From Candidatus Aenigmatarchaeota archaeon (lineage in GTDB: Archaea > Aenigmatarchaeota > Aenigmatarchaeia > CG10238-14 > SCSR01): a DNA stretch of 64,000 bases. Location of the stretch: contig JAWCSL010000001.1 of the NCBI GenBank assembly GCA_039090665.1, positions 46,524 through 110,523 on the forward strand, in the 5' to 3' direction. The notes beneath the pieces were generated by a model. It searched no databases. It was not told where the DNA came from and saw only the letters and a list, made by a program, of their open reading frames with translations. How positions within the stretch are numbered: the first letter of the stretch is position 1; each line of letters begins with the position of its first letter. This document shows positions 39,428 to 49,209 of this stretch, piece by piece. A program made the position numbers and the translations under genes.

Positions 39428-41526
39428 ATTATTTCACTCCCTACTTCTCTAAAACCATAAAAACTATTGTAAATTTTGTCTTTTAAATCTACTATTGGAA
39501 GAGCTTTTCTTTCTTCGTCTCTTAAGTATTTGCGAACCCACCATATTGGAACCGGAACACTAACTTCTTTAAATTCTGCTAATAATTTTCTTCTTTCATT
39601 AAAATTTTTATTTTTGAAGTCCTGACATAGAAGCTCTTCTATACATTTTTTAACTTCTTCGTCCTCTACACATTCAGGAGAAGGTATGATTAAAGTAGTG
39701 AAGCTATCCCTGTAACTTAATATTTTCGCCAATTCTTCTTCTGAAATATCAAGCGAAAAGAAAAATTGAAGGAGTTCTTCAAATTGCTCCAAATTAACTT
39801 TTTTAGTCTCTCTTTGCAAAATTTCCAATAATTTATCATAAGTATATATTTCATCAAGATTTTTTAAAAGGTCAAACTCACTTTTTAAGTTATTACTTAA
39901 TTCTTCAACTATTTTCTTAGCAATACATAATTCATCAGATGTATATGGATAGTATCGCTCATTCTCAATTTTTGGCTTAAAAATTTTCACATTTACTTCT
40001 TCTGTTTTCACACCTCTTCTATTTACCCTTCCAAATCGTTGAATTAAAGAGGGAAGAGGGGCTAATTCTGTAAACATAAAATCATAAGAAACATCTAATG
40101 AGACTTCGCATACTTGAGTTGTTATAAGTATGTGGGGTTTTTCTTTTAATTTTTCTATCTCATCCTCTTTTCTTTTTCTATCTTTATACATAAACCTTGC
40201 ATGCAAAAGTAAAACATTTTCTTTTCCCACTTCTTTCACCAATTTTTCTGCAATTTCAATGGATTTTTCAACTGTATTTACAACAACGATTACTTTCTTA
40301 CCATCTTTAAAATTCTTAACTATATCATCAATATGGAGATCTAAGTCTTCGTCCAAATACTCGAACAATGCTCTCCTTTTTGCTTTATATCCATAGGAGA
40401 AATCTAGAAAAGAATTCTGAGTTAAATTTAGCTCACTTGCTAAGTATTTTTCTAAACCTTTCGAAAGAGTTGCAGACATAAATAGAACTTTGAAACTGTA
40501 TATATTTTGAAATTTCTTAAGAAAGTACGTTAGAAGACTTAACATTAGTGGATTTAATAAATGTACTTCATCTAACACTATACCTGAATTTCTAAACATT
40601 ACACGCTTTGTATAATATTTTCCAACCTGTAAAAATGATAGGAGAAATTGATCTACGGTAGTTATTACAAAGGGTTTTATGAAATTTTCTATGAAAAACA
40701 TGTTTTGTAAAAGATCTAAATCTTCTTTTACTTCAGTATCATAGAAATAGAAGTATTTTATCACATTCCTCCCAAAAACGTTTTGAAGTTTTTGATAGAA
40801 TTTATTTATGGCTGTAATAGTCGGAAATAAGTAAAATATTTTGCTAACATCTTTATTTTTGAAAAACAAGAGAGAAACGTCAGTTTTACCCCAGCCTGTA
40901 TAAGCTCTTAATACACCAGGACTCTGAAGATTACATAGTTGCTGTTGTTCCAACCATCTATCAATATCTAATTGAAAATTAGATTTATTATTTTTTAGAA
41001 TATTTTTAACATCTTCGTCACATACAGCTGGTTTTTTTAGTTCTATACTTTTATTCTCTGCTGAGCACACATCCGCAATCTTGAATAGGCCAAAAGCATC
41101 GATGAGATTCGTTATATAATTAAAATCTAAGGTTTTAATTATTTCCTTAACTTCTTCTACTAAATATTGCATCGCAATGCCCTTAATATTTTTAGTAAGA
41201 GGAGAGTGATGCTTATAAATCAAATACCATAAAACGAATGTAATTTTTTTATCTTCAGGCAAGACTTTATACTCCATTAAGTATTTTACGGATAGAGGGG
41301 CATGATCCGGATTTTTTTCATTCCTTATATTCCACATTTTATGTAGTTTACCAAAGTCATGATATTTCACTATATATTCCAAAGCATTCTCTATTTCTTT
41401 TGGGAATGAGTAAAATTTTAGAAAAGTTGAAAAAATGTTTTCTACTTCATTTATATGAACTTGAAGGGGCTTATTCGGATGACTTTCCTTTAATAAATCT
41501 TCCCACTCATCATTTATTTCCTTCAT
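39424..41526 (-). CDS. cas3: Cas3 (N-terminal HD nuclease fused to SF2 helicase)
   Basis: YHDFGK, YKHH, AYTGWGKT, DEVH, MSAT, QRFGRVNR. Confidence 0.95.
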   Translation of the reverse strand: MKEINDEWEDLLKESHPNKPLQVHINEVENIFSTFLKFYSFPKEIENALEYIVKYHDFGKLHKMWNIRNEKNPDHAPLSVKYLMEYKVLPEDKKITFVLWYLIYKHHSPLTKNIKGIAMQYLVEEVKEIIKTLDFNYITNLIDAFGLFKIADVCSAENKSIELKKPAVCDEDVKNILKNNKSNFQLDIDRWLEQQQLCNLQSPGVLRAYTGWGKTDVSLLFFKNKDVSKIFYLFPTITAINKFYQKLQNVFGRNVIKYFYFYDTEVKEDLDLLQNMFFIENFIKPFVITTVDQFLLSFLQVGKYYTKRVMFRNSGIVLDEVHLLNPLMLSLLTYFLKKFQNIYSFKVLFMSATLSKGLEKYLASELNLTQNSFLDFSYGYKAKRRALFEYLDEDLDLHIDDIVKNFKDGKKVIVVVNTVEKSIEIAEKLVKEVGKENVLLLHARFMYKDRKRKEDEIEKLKEKPHILITTQVCEVSLDVSYDFMFTELAPLPSLIQRFGRVNRRGVKTEEVNVKIFKPKIENERYYPYTSDELCIAKKIVEELSNNLKSEFDLLKNLDEIYTYDKLLEILQRETKKVNLEQFEELLQFFFSLDISEEELAKILSYRDSFTTLIIPSPECVEDEEVKKCIEELLCQDFKNKNFNERRKLLAEFKEVSVPVPIWWVRKYLRDEERKALPIVDLKDKIYNSFYGFREVGSEII

Positions 41527-41555
41527 TTTTTTTACCTTTTTCTTTTACATTTTTA

Positions 41556-42215
41556 TCAACTTTCAAGATAATAGAACTTTTCCAAGGGAAAAACACCTAT
41601 ACCATCTACAGCCAAAACCGGGTGTTTAAGCTTTAATTTTCCTTTGAAAATAAAACAAAAGTTTGGGTTGGTTGAAAATTTATGCTTAACTGGCAAAATT
41701 TGAAGTTCCGTACCTTCATTCCATTCTATTTTTTCTATAAGATCCTGGGGAGCATAATTTTCGATTGAATAATTTTCTTCTACATCCATCTTTCCTTGGA
41801 CCTCTATATCTTCAGCAAAAAAATCATTCTGTCCACCATAAGGAAAGTAAGCTATTTTATCTTTTATTTTAAGATAAAACTCATCAATCTTTTCGTTATC
41901 AGCAACCAAAGCCATCGTATAGGTTGGGTGATTTAGAATTACACTAACCGTAACACCTCTTATACGTTTTCCAGTTTTATGCTGAATGTAAGTCGTGTTT
42001 TCTGAACAAGATCCTTTATACTTTAAAAGTTTAGCGCCGAATAAACAGTTTTTAAACTCTTCAGTTACTGCTCTTCTTTCTATTCCTAGCATTGCTCCAA
42101 ATATTCCCGCTACAGTTGTTGGTAACGGAATAAGATAAGTTTGTCGAAAGCCTTTTGTATGGTGTGCTTTAAAAAGAGCCTCAGAAAATGTTATTCTCAC
42201 TACAATTGCCTTCAT
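41556..42215 (-). CDS. cas5: Cas5
   Basis: TYLIPLPTTVAGIFGAMLG, PYGGQND. Confidence 0.9.
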   Translation of the reverse strand: MKAIVVRITFSEALFKAHHTKGFRQTYLIPLPTTVAGIFGAMLGIERRAVTEEFKNCLFGAKLLKYKGSCSENTTYIQHKTGKRIRGVTVSVILNHPTYTMALVADNEKIDEFYLKIKDKIAYFPYGGQNDFFAEDIEVQGKMDVEENYSIENYAPQDLIEKIEWNEGTELQILPVKHKFSTNPNFCFIFKGKLKLKHPVLAVDGIGVFPLEKFYYLES

Positions 42216-42225
42216 TATTTTAACC

Positions 42226-43155
42226 CTAAAGGAATTCAACTATTTCGCCAATAACTGGAGCTACACTAGTTACTTTTACTATTTCGTTTGGTACCTCGTT
42301 TATCTCCCCTTTATAATCTATTAGGAAAATTTTTTGCATATTTCTCCTTATTTCATTTCTTTCCATCATTTTCTTTAACCTCTCTATATTTATTTCATTT
42401 TTCTCAAAGTCATAATTTAAATACTGAAAAACTGGAACCGGTCCTTTTTCTGAAAGTACAACCAATCCTGCTATATATTCTGGAATGTTTAATGAATTTG
42501 TTGCACGAGGAAGAACATATAAAGGTGTAAGAAATACATCACAAAAAGCTTCTATTCTTTTCTTTCTTTCCTCTTCAGTTAATTTTTCAGGCACTTCTTC
42601 TAGGAATTTTTTCGCTTCTTCATTATCTTTAATGCTTTCAGCTACTTTTCTATCTACAGCAAAATTACCAACGTAATCATACATAATACAATTTATTTTT
42701 CCAATAAACTCTGCTACTTCTATTTCAAAAGGTGCTGGATTTTCTTCTTTACCCCATGGCCTAGGAAATCTTGCTGCAAATTCAGCTTTAATTGGAGTAT
42801 CTTTTAATGCTTTAAAATAGGAAAGAGCTATTGGTGCTTGCCTTTTTAATGCCCTTTCTCTTTCCAAAGTTCGCATATAGCCGAAAATATCATTGTCAAT
42901 ATATTTGTTGGGTCTAGCGCTATCGCTAAGTCGAAAAGTTTCTTCTGGATTCACATAAAAAGGATCTACTTCAAATCCTTTCTCTTTCAAAGCTTTTCTT
43001 ATTGCAAATTTTATGGCTCTAGCTGAAACAAAGGGTAAAACTTCACCTCCTGAAGAATACATTTTTTTCAAAGTAATTCTAGTACCTATCACTTCGTCTG
43101 CATTAACATTTCCCGCTATTTTACCTATTATTGAAATTTGGACAACTTTACTCAT
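42226..43155 (-). CDS. cas7: Cas7 (DevR/Csa2-like)
   Basis: PFVSARAIKFAIR, DIFGYM, KRQAPI. Confidence 0.9.
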   Translation of the reverse strand: MSKVVQISIIGKIAGNVNADEVIGTRITLKKMYSSGGEVLPFVSARAIKFAIRKALKEKGFEVDPFYVNPEETFRLSDSARPNKYIDNDIFGYMRTLERERALKRQAPIALSYFKALKDTPIKAEFAARFPRPWGKEENPAPFEIEVAEFIGKINCIMYDYVGNFAVDRKVAESIKDNEEAKKFLEEVPEKLTEEERKKRIEAFCDVFLTPLYVLPRATNSLNIPEYIAGLVVLSEKGPVPVFQYLNYDFEKNEINIERLKKMMERNEIRRNMQKIFLIDYKGEINEVPNEIVKVTSVAPVIGEIVEFL

Positions 43156-43166
43156 TTTTATCCACC

Positions 43167-43451
43167 TTAAGTAGCTAATGCGTCTGTTAAACCTGCAATA
43201 ATTGCAGACTTCATATAATAAAATTTATCTCCCTGCCATTTAACTTTGAATAATTCTGGTTTAATAGAAACATCTAATGCTATATTTTTATTTGTTTTGT
43301 ATTCAGATAGTCTATTTGATAATTTTTCCAAGAATCTTCCAGGTGTTTCCTCTGCACGGATATCAAAGATCAATCTCCTCACAAGTTCGCTATTTTTCTC
43401 TTTTATTGTCATTCCTATAGCATAAGCCCAATTCCATATTTCATCAAACAT
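43167..43451 (-). CDS. Probable small subunit (Csa5/Cas11-like)
   Basis: 94-aa helical ORF immediately upstream of cas7. Confidence 0.6.
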   Translation of the reverse strand: MFDEIWNWAYAIGMTIKEKNSELVRRLIFDIRAEETPGRFLEKLSNRLSEYKTNKNIALDVSIKPELFKVKWQGDKFYYMKSAIIAGLTDALAT

Positions 43452-43483
43452 AATTTTAATTCATTGCCCGAAGTATTTAAAAG

Positions 43484-44233
43484 TTATTTCATCACATTCA
43501 TAAACCCAAATCCCAAACTATTTCTCTCTCCAAACCCACAATCAATCCCAAACTCTAATATTTTTTTCTGTTGTTTACTTAAATAACTAAACATAAATTC
43601 CCATATACTCCCAATCATCTTATATTCAATTCCACCAATGATAACATGAGAAACTACAGGTTTTTTAAACTTAAATTGTTCAAATATAGGAAATTCCTCC
43701 ACATTTGTTTTATAAAATTCATTATATTTTTTAAACAAATTTTCTTCAAGTTGCTTAACAAAAGCTTCAAAAGCATATTCTGGACGCCAATAAACATATC
43801 TTTTCTTTTTCTCTTTTATCCCATATTTCTCATAATTTTTCTCCGGAATTCTTATTATAATCGGAGTTGCTGAAATTATTCTACAGTTTTTTCTTAACCT
43901 TGTTTTCAGTAATAAAATATCTCTGATTTTGAATGACATTTCACCTATGTTTATGACTTTATTTTCGTCTATCAATCCTTTAAGTCTACTTTCTAAAGTT
44001 TTAATAAATAATCTATCAGGAGAAGAAATGAGCAAATTTCTTTTATCCCCAATTTTCATTTCACCTATAGGAAAGATGTTTGAAAAGCAAAAAAATTTAT
44101 ATCCAACTTTATCGTGAAGAACACTATATTCACTTTCTTTGAGTAAGCTATAAACAAATCCTTGCAATTTATGAAAATATTTTAAATCATATTCACAATT
44201 TTTCCTAGCCTCCAATTTTAGGAGTACTCTCAT
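43484..44233 (-). CDS. cas6: Cas6 endoribonuclease
   Basis: YKFFCFS, ISSP, GFGERNSLGFG G-loop. Confidence 0.96.
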   Translation of the reverse strand: MRVLLKLEARKNCEYDLKYFHKLQGFVYSLLKESEYSVLHDKVGYKFFCFSNIFPIGEMKIGDKRNLLISSPDRLFIKTLESRLKGLIDENKVINIGEMSFKIRDILLLKTRLRKNCRIISATPIIIRIPEKNYEKYGIKEKKKRYVYWRPEYAFEAFVKQLEENLFKKYNEFYKTNVEEFPIFEQFKFKKPVVSHVIIGGIEYKMIGSIWEFMFSYLSKQQKKILEFGIDCGFGERNSLGFGFMNVMK

Positions 44234-44291
44234 TATTTAGATATACTTATTTTTAACTTGATTATTTTTATGAAAACAATTAATTTAATCT

Positions 44292-45113
44292 TCAACTCAA
44301 ATGCAGCTCAACCACATCTTTATCTTTAAGCAAGTAATTCAACCCCACTCTTCGACCAGAAAATTCACTCTCATCAAAAATTCTTGCAAACTTGAAGCTC
44401 TTTAACCAATTCTTGTTTATCTTTTCAACCAAATCTTTCAAGCTGCTCCCTTTCTTCAAAACCAAAGCTTTCTCTTCTCTAGGCTTTCCTATCGGCTTTG
44501 TGAAAACTCTCACAATTTCCGCTTCTTCCATTATCTTCTTAAGCAGCTGCTCATAATCTTTCTTGTCGATTGACCAAAAAACTTTCTTCTTTTCTATCTT
44601 GTGCTCAGCAAGAATTCTCTCAACTTCAGCCTTTTCTTCTTCACTGTTAGCCAAAACCAAAATCAAGTCAGAAGAATGAGCTAAGCTCATGTGCTTAGGC
44701 AAGAAGAAAGAAGGAATCTCAACAAACTGAATAGCTACACCTTCAAAAAAGCAAATTCCAGTTACAGGCTCTTTTGTTGTGTATGGCAAAGAGCTAACTT
44801 CAGCTTTAGCGTTTGTCAAAGCATTCAGCAGAGAGCTTTTGCCGCTTTTGGTCAAGCCCAAGATAGCAACAAGCAAGTCGCCAGATTTTTTGATAGAAGC
44901 TTGTTTTTTTCCCGGCTTCCTAGCTTTCTTCTCAAGCTGGTCTTCAAGCCTTGCTAGCCTTTTCCTCAGCTCAGCTAAAAGATTTTCTGTACCTTTGTGC
45001 TTTGGCGTTGCTGAAATGAGCTTTTTCAAGAGCTCTATTTTTCTCTCCAAATTTCTTTCTTCCAAGTATTCTTTCTCGATTGCAAACCATTCAGCAGGCA
45101 AGTTAGCAGGCAT
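44292..45113 (-). CDS. DRG/Obg-like GTPase with TGS domain (divergent)
   Basis: MPANLP, PKHKGTE, GLTKSGKS, PYTT, C-terminal TGS. Confidence 0.85.
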   Translation of the reverse strand: MPANLPAEWFAIEKEYLEERNLERKIELLKKLISATPKHKGTENLLAELRKRLARLEDQLEKKARKPGKKQASIKKSGDLLVAILGLTKSGKSSLLNALTNAKAEVSSLPYTTKEPVTGICFFEGVAIQFVEIPSFFLPKHMSLAHSSDLILVLANSEEEKAEVERILAEHKIEKKKVFWSIDKKDYEQLLKKIMEEAEIVRVFTKPIGKPREEKALVLKKGSSLKDLVEKINKNWLKSFKFARIFDESEFSGRRVGLNYLLKDKDVVELHLS

Positions 45114-45238
45114 AATTATGAATTTGTGAAGGAGTGATAAAATTTGATTATTATTTTCAAACTATACATAAAAACGGCAAGAATGCAACTATGTATTTCC
45201 AATTTTTGAAAAGTTCCGGCCTTTCGTTGTTTTACTTA

Positions 45239-46213
45239 TTAAACAGGTACTAACATGCAAACATTGTTAACGCATTTTATTCTTAAATTACCAGCAATTC
45301 CTGTACAAAAGTCTGGACACTGTTTTGAAGTATCAATAAAAATTTTATTTCCATAAGCACATTTTCCAGTTTGTTTATCTACTCCACATGCACAATCTTC
45401 GTCACTATTGCAGGCCATTTTTTGAATTTCTGAAGGTAATCCTGGAATTTCACTTTCACAAGCTTTTAAATCATCCTTGGTGAAATTCGGTAGGCCTCCG
45501 TCCATTCCAAAATTGGTTAAAGTAATTGATCTTTTTGTTTTGTCAATTGTTTCACTATTCATCACAAGATAAGTCGGCACTTCTCCTGAAAGCCAAAGTT
45601 CATTGATGATTTTATTTCCTTCAAAAATAGTTTCTCTTCTAAATTTGTAAACTTCGATTTGTTTCCCCGATTCTAAAGTTATTTTTTCTTTACTCACAAA
45701 ATTCCATTCAGAAGTATCAACACTATATTCATTTTCTAAATTCTTTCTAGAAAATTCTTCATAAGGTAAGCCACTAATAGTTGCTGGCAATTGTTTTGAA
45801 CAAACAATCGGAGCTCCCTTTATTTTCATTAGATAAATTGTTTCATTTTTTTCTGGATGTAACAAAAGGGCAAATGTAAAGCTCTCAATACCACTTTCCT
45901 CTTTTCCATCTAACTCGATTCCAATATGTTCTTCACCTTGAATTGAAAGAGAAATAAGCTTAACTAACAATTTCCCAATTTTTTGAGTTGTTGTTCCCCC
46001 TTCAATTTTTACACCATACCCTTCAATTTTATATTCCGACCAAGCTTCTCTTTTGAAACCAACTCCCTTAATTTTAAGAATATTTTCTGGTGTTATGCTA
46101 CCTTCTAGAGGTATATACTCCTTGTCTCTTTGAGCCCCTTTAAATAAAAAAACCACTCCTATCAATGAAAGAGCAATTATTCCAATTAAAATTAAAACGA
46201 AATTTTTAAACAT
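45239..46213 (-). CDS. Membrane-anchored surface protein with C-terminal Cys-rich module
   Basis: N-terminal TM; CNSDEDCAC...C...CPDFC...CVNNVC. Confidence 0.75.
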   Translation of the reverse strand: MFKNFVLILIGIIALSLIGVVFLFKGAQRDKEYIPLEGSITPENILKIKGVGFKREAWSEYKIEGYGVKIEGGTTTQKIGKLLVKLISLSIQGEEHIGIELDGKEESGIESFTFALLLHPEKNETIYLMKIKGAPIVCSKQLPATISGLPYEEFSRKNLENEYSVDTSEWNFVSKEKITLESGKQIEVYKFRRETIFEGNKIINELWLSGEVPTYLVMNSETIDKTKRSITLTNFGMDGGLPNFTKDDLKACESEIPGLPSEIQKMACNSDEDCACGVDKQTGKCAYGNKIFIDTSKQCPDFCTGIAGNLRIKCVNNVCMLVPV

Positions 46214-46267
46214 ACTATAGATAATTACTTGTCAAAATTTAAAAATTTATTCAAGTGGGGAAAAATT

Positions 46268-47533
46268 TCACTTTTCTTCCAAAAGCCACTTCCACAAAGG
46301 CTTGAAAACAATTTTTTTATTCTTCACTTTTAACTCATCTTCATAATCCCAAGTTATTATCAAAAGATCTTTACATTTCAATTCTTCACTTGCTTTAATC
46401 AAAGCCTTTATTTCCCTTTTTTCAATCTCATCTTTTCCAGAAGCATAAGTAACTTGAATCAACTGCTTTATTTTCAATCCCTCCTTCAACACAAAATCAA
46501 CTTCCCCACTCAAAGCACTAAAATAATAAATTTCACAATTCTTAAACCTTCTTTTAAGTTCAAGAAAGACAACATTTTCCATCAACCTCCCCCAGTCTGT
46601 AGAAAATCTTGGAGAAAAGAATTTTATTAAACCATTATCCACAACATAAACTTTTTTCTGTGTTTTTATAGTTTCTTTTACTTTTCTTTCAAACTTTTCA
46701 ACAGAAAAAATCAAGAAAACGTCTTCCAGCATTTTTATAAACTCTATTACAGTATTTTTTGAAATTTTAATCCCAGAAGATGTTAATATGTTTTGCAGCT
46801 TGGAATAAGTGTAGTAAGAAGAAAAATTTGAAACCAAAACTTTTGTCAAGAATTCAAGCGTCTTAATTTTTTTCACTTTAAACCTTTCAACTATATCCTT
46901 GTAAAAAACACCATCTTTTATCGAAATTAGTAAATCTTGATGAAGATGTGGCTTAAGAACAGTTTCTGGAAAACCTCCTTTTTCAATATATTCGTTTAGC
47001 ATTTTAAGCAAACCCCCCCTTTCGGTATAAATTGAAAACTTATCTTCTTTAAATTTCTTGGCTCTGAGAAATTCCTTGAAAGAAAAAGGAAAAACAAAAA
47101 CACTTACAGCCCTTCCCCTCAATTGAGTAGCAATTTCTTTGCTCAAAAGCTTTGAAGAAGAACCTGTGAGAAAAATTCTGTAGCCTTTGTCATAAAGTTC
47201 TCTAATACCAATTGGCCAATCTTTCACAACTTGTATTTCATCCAAAAACAAATTTTTTGGTTTTTCTCCATAAAGTTCTTGATATGCAGCAATCATATCA
47301 TTGAAATTTTTGGCAGATGCGCCAATTAAGTTTCCTCTTTCAAAATTTATGAAAAGGCAATCTTTCTTACCCATTTCCTTAATTTTTTGATAGAGCAAGT
47401 AAGTTTTTCCACTTCTTCTAGGCCCAACTATTGTTACAAGGTTATGCTCAGGAATTTCTATTTCCCTCTCTACCAAATCAGGAAGTTCAGATTTTTCGAA
47501 TTCTGCTATAGCCGCCTTGAATTCCTCTTTCAT
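46268..47533 (-). CDS. AAA_14 ATPase with DUF4143 C-terminal domain
   Basis: GPRRSGKT, FLDEIQ, TGSSS, LRGR, GGFPE, EVDFV. Confidence 0.9.
   Translation of the reverse strand: MKEEFKAAIAEFEKSELPDLVEREIEIPEHNLVTIVGPRRSGKTYLLYQKIKEMGKKDCLFINFERGNLIGASAKNFNDMIAAYQELYGEKPKNLFLDEIQVVKDWPIGIRELYDKGYRIFLTGSSSKLLSKEIATQLRGRAVSVFVFPFSFKEFLRAKKFKEDKFSIYTERGGLLKMLNEYIEKGGFPETVLKPHLHQDLLISIKDGVFYKDIVERFKVKKIKTLEFLTKVLVSNFSSYYTYSKLQNILTSSGIKISKNTVIEFIKMLEDVFLIFSVEKFERKVKETIKTQKKVYVVDNGLIKFFSPRFSTDWGRLMENVVFLELKRRFKNCEIYYFSALSGEVDFVLKEGLKIKQLIQVTYASGKDEIEKREIKALIKASEELKCKDLLIITWDYEDELKVKNKKIVFKPLWKWLLEEK
46275..46504. repeat. 230-bp exact direct repeat, copy 1 (copy 2 at 47594-47823)
   Basis: Base-by-base identity; encodes the C-terminus from EVDFV in both ATPases. 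Confidence 0.93.
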
Positions 47534-47586
47534 AATGTATAGTATAGTGGACAAATATTTAAATTTTTGTCTAATATATTATTAGG

Positions 47587-48900
47587 TTATTTCTCTTCCA
47601 AAAGCCACTTCCACAAAGGCTTGAAAACAATTTTTTTATTCTTCACTTTTAACTCATCTTCATAATCCCAAGTTATTATCAAAAGATCTTTACATTTCAA
47701 TTCTTCACTTGCTTTAATCAAAGCCTTTATTTCCCTTTTTTCAATCTCATCTTTTCCAGAAGCATAAGTAACTTGAATCAACTGCTTTATTTTCAATCCC
47801 TCCTTCAACACAAAATCAACTTCATTCTGCTGATAATCTTTAAAATAGAAAATCTCCACCAAGGGATTTATAAAACTTTGTTTTTTAAGTTCAACAGCTA
47901 CTAAATTCTCAATTATTTTTCCAATATTTTCACTAAACCTCAAACCTATTGCATTTGCTAATCCTATATCAGTGCAATAAACTTTTCTTGGAGATTTTTC
48001 TACTTCTTTAACCTTTTTAGAAAATCTTGAAACAAAAAATATCAAAAAACTTTCTTCCATGTAGCTGGAGAATTTTTCTATTGTATCTGCTGTTATCTTT
48101 AAAGAATCTTCTAGTGAGGTATATGTTATTGGATTAGAAATGTTAGTAAGATAAAATCTTGCCAAGCTTATAAGTTCTCTAACTTTTTTAATTCTGTATC
48201 TTAAAACAATATCCTTTGTTATTATATCTTCAAAATAGTTCAATAAAATTTCTTTCTTGCTTGTTGAAAGTACAACTTCGGGAAAGCCACCAAACTCACA
48301 ATATTCTCTTACTAAAGATTTTATTTCAATTTTCTTATTAATCAAATCCAACTTATCTTTTATCTCTAAATTTTTAAAGCTGAGAAATTCTTTGAAATCC
48401 AAAGGAAAAATTATTAAGTCCAAATGCCTACCAGTTAGCAAGCTTGCTAAGCTACTTTTCAAAAGTTTTGATGTTGACCCAGAAATTATAATTTTACATT
48501 TTCGCAATTCTTGAAATGTTCTTACCCATCTTTCCCAATTTTCAACTTTATGCACTTCATCCAAAAAAATATATGGCTTGGACTTTGGTTTAATAAATTC
48601 TAAATAAGTTTCAAAAATCTCATCTAAAAGTTCTATCGAAAAATCTGTAAATCTTCTGTCCTCGAAGTTCACTATTAGAATTTCTCTTGGGTCTATTCCT
48701 TCTTCAATTAAATTCTTTGCTATTTGCATCATTAAAAAGGATTTACCTGCTCTTCTCACACCTATTAAAGCAATTACCATATTCGTTTTAAGAAATCTTT
48801 TAACCTTTTCTAAGTATTTTTTTCTAAGTATACCAGTATCCATATCTTTTTTCCAGAAGTTCCAGTCCATTAAAATTTCCAAAATTTCTTCTTTTTTCAT
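47587..48900 (-). CDS. AAA_14 ATPase with DUF4143 C-terminal domain (paralogue)
   Basis: GVRRAGKS, FLDEVH, SGSTS, LTGR, GGFPE, EVDFV. Confidence 0.9.
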   Translation of the reverse strand: MKKEEILEILMDWNFWKKDMDTGILRKKYLEKVKRFLKTNMVIALIGVRRAGKSFLMMQIAKNLIEEGIDPREILIVNFEDRRFTDFSIELLDEIFETYLEFIKPKSKPYIFLDEVHKVENWERWVRTFQELRKCKIIISGSTSKLLKSSLASLLTGRHLDLIIFPLDFKEFLSFKNLEIKDKLDLINKKIEIKSLVREYCEFGGFPEVVLSTSKKEILLNYFEDIITKDIVLRYRIKKVRELISLARFYLTNISNPITYTSLEDSLKITADTIEKFSSYMEESFLIFFVSRFSKKVKEVEKSPRKVYCTDIGLANAIGLRFSENIGKIIENLVAVELKKQSFINPLVEIFYFKDYQQNEVDFVLKEGLKIKQLIQVTYASGKDEIEKREIKALIKASEELKCKDLLIITWDYEDELKVKNKKIVFKPLWKWLLEEK

Positions 48901-48987
48901 ATACCTAACTTATTAGTCAAAATATTTAAATTTTGACGAGTATGAAAGGTAAAATTTAGTAACTCTTTTTTATCTCTCATTGAAAAT

Positions 48988-49078
48988 TCTATTTTTCTTT
49001 CCAAATTTCTTTCTTCCAAATATCCTTTCTCGATTACAAACCACTCAGCAGGCAAGTTTGCAAGCATAACTATGAATT
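48988..49078 (-). repeat. 91-bp copy of the 5' end of the DRG-like GTPase gene (45034-45124)
   Basis: 8 mismatches by hand alignment; translates MLANLPAEWFVIEKGYLEERNLERKIE. Confidence 0.9.
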
Positions 49079-49209
49079 GTTGAATGAAATGTTAATTTCT
49101 TGTAGTCTTTAAAAGAGCCTGCGGATTCCTCCACGGATTCCCTCGCTCCCCTCCTCTTCTATGGGAGATGTTGGTTTAAGATATATTTTGCAATAAATTT
49201 CTTCGGATT

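Noticed and set aside
46275..47823. 230-bp repeat as a diversity-generating retroelement TR/VR pair
   Set aside because: Copies are identical with no adenine-specific mismatches, and there is no reverse transcriptase in the window
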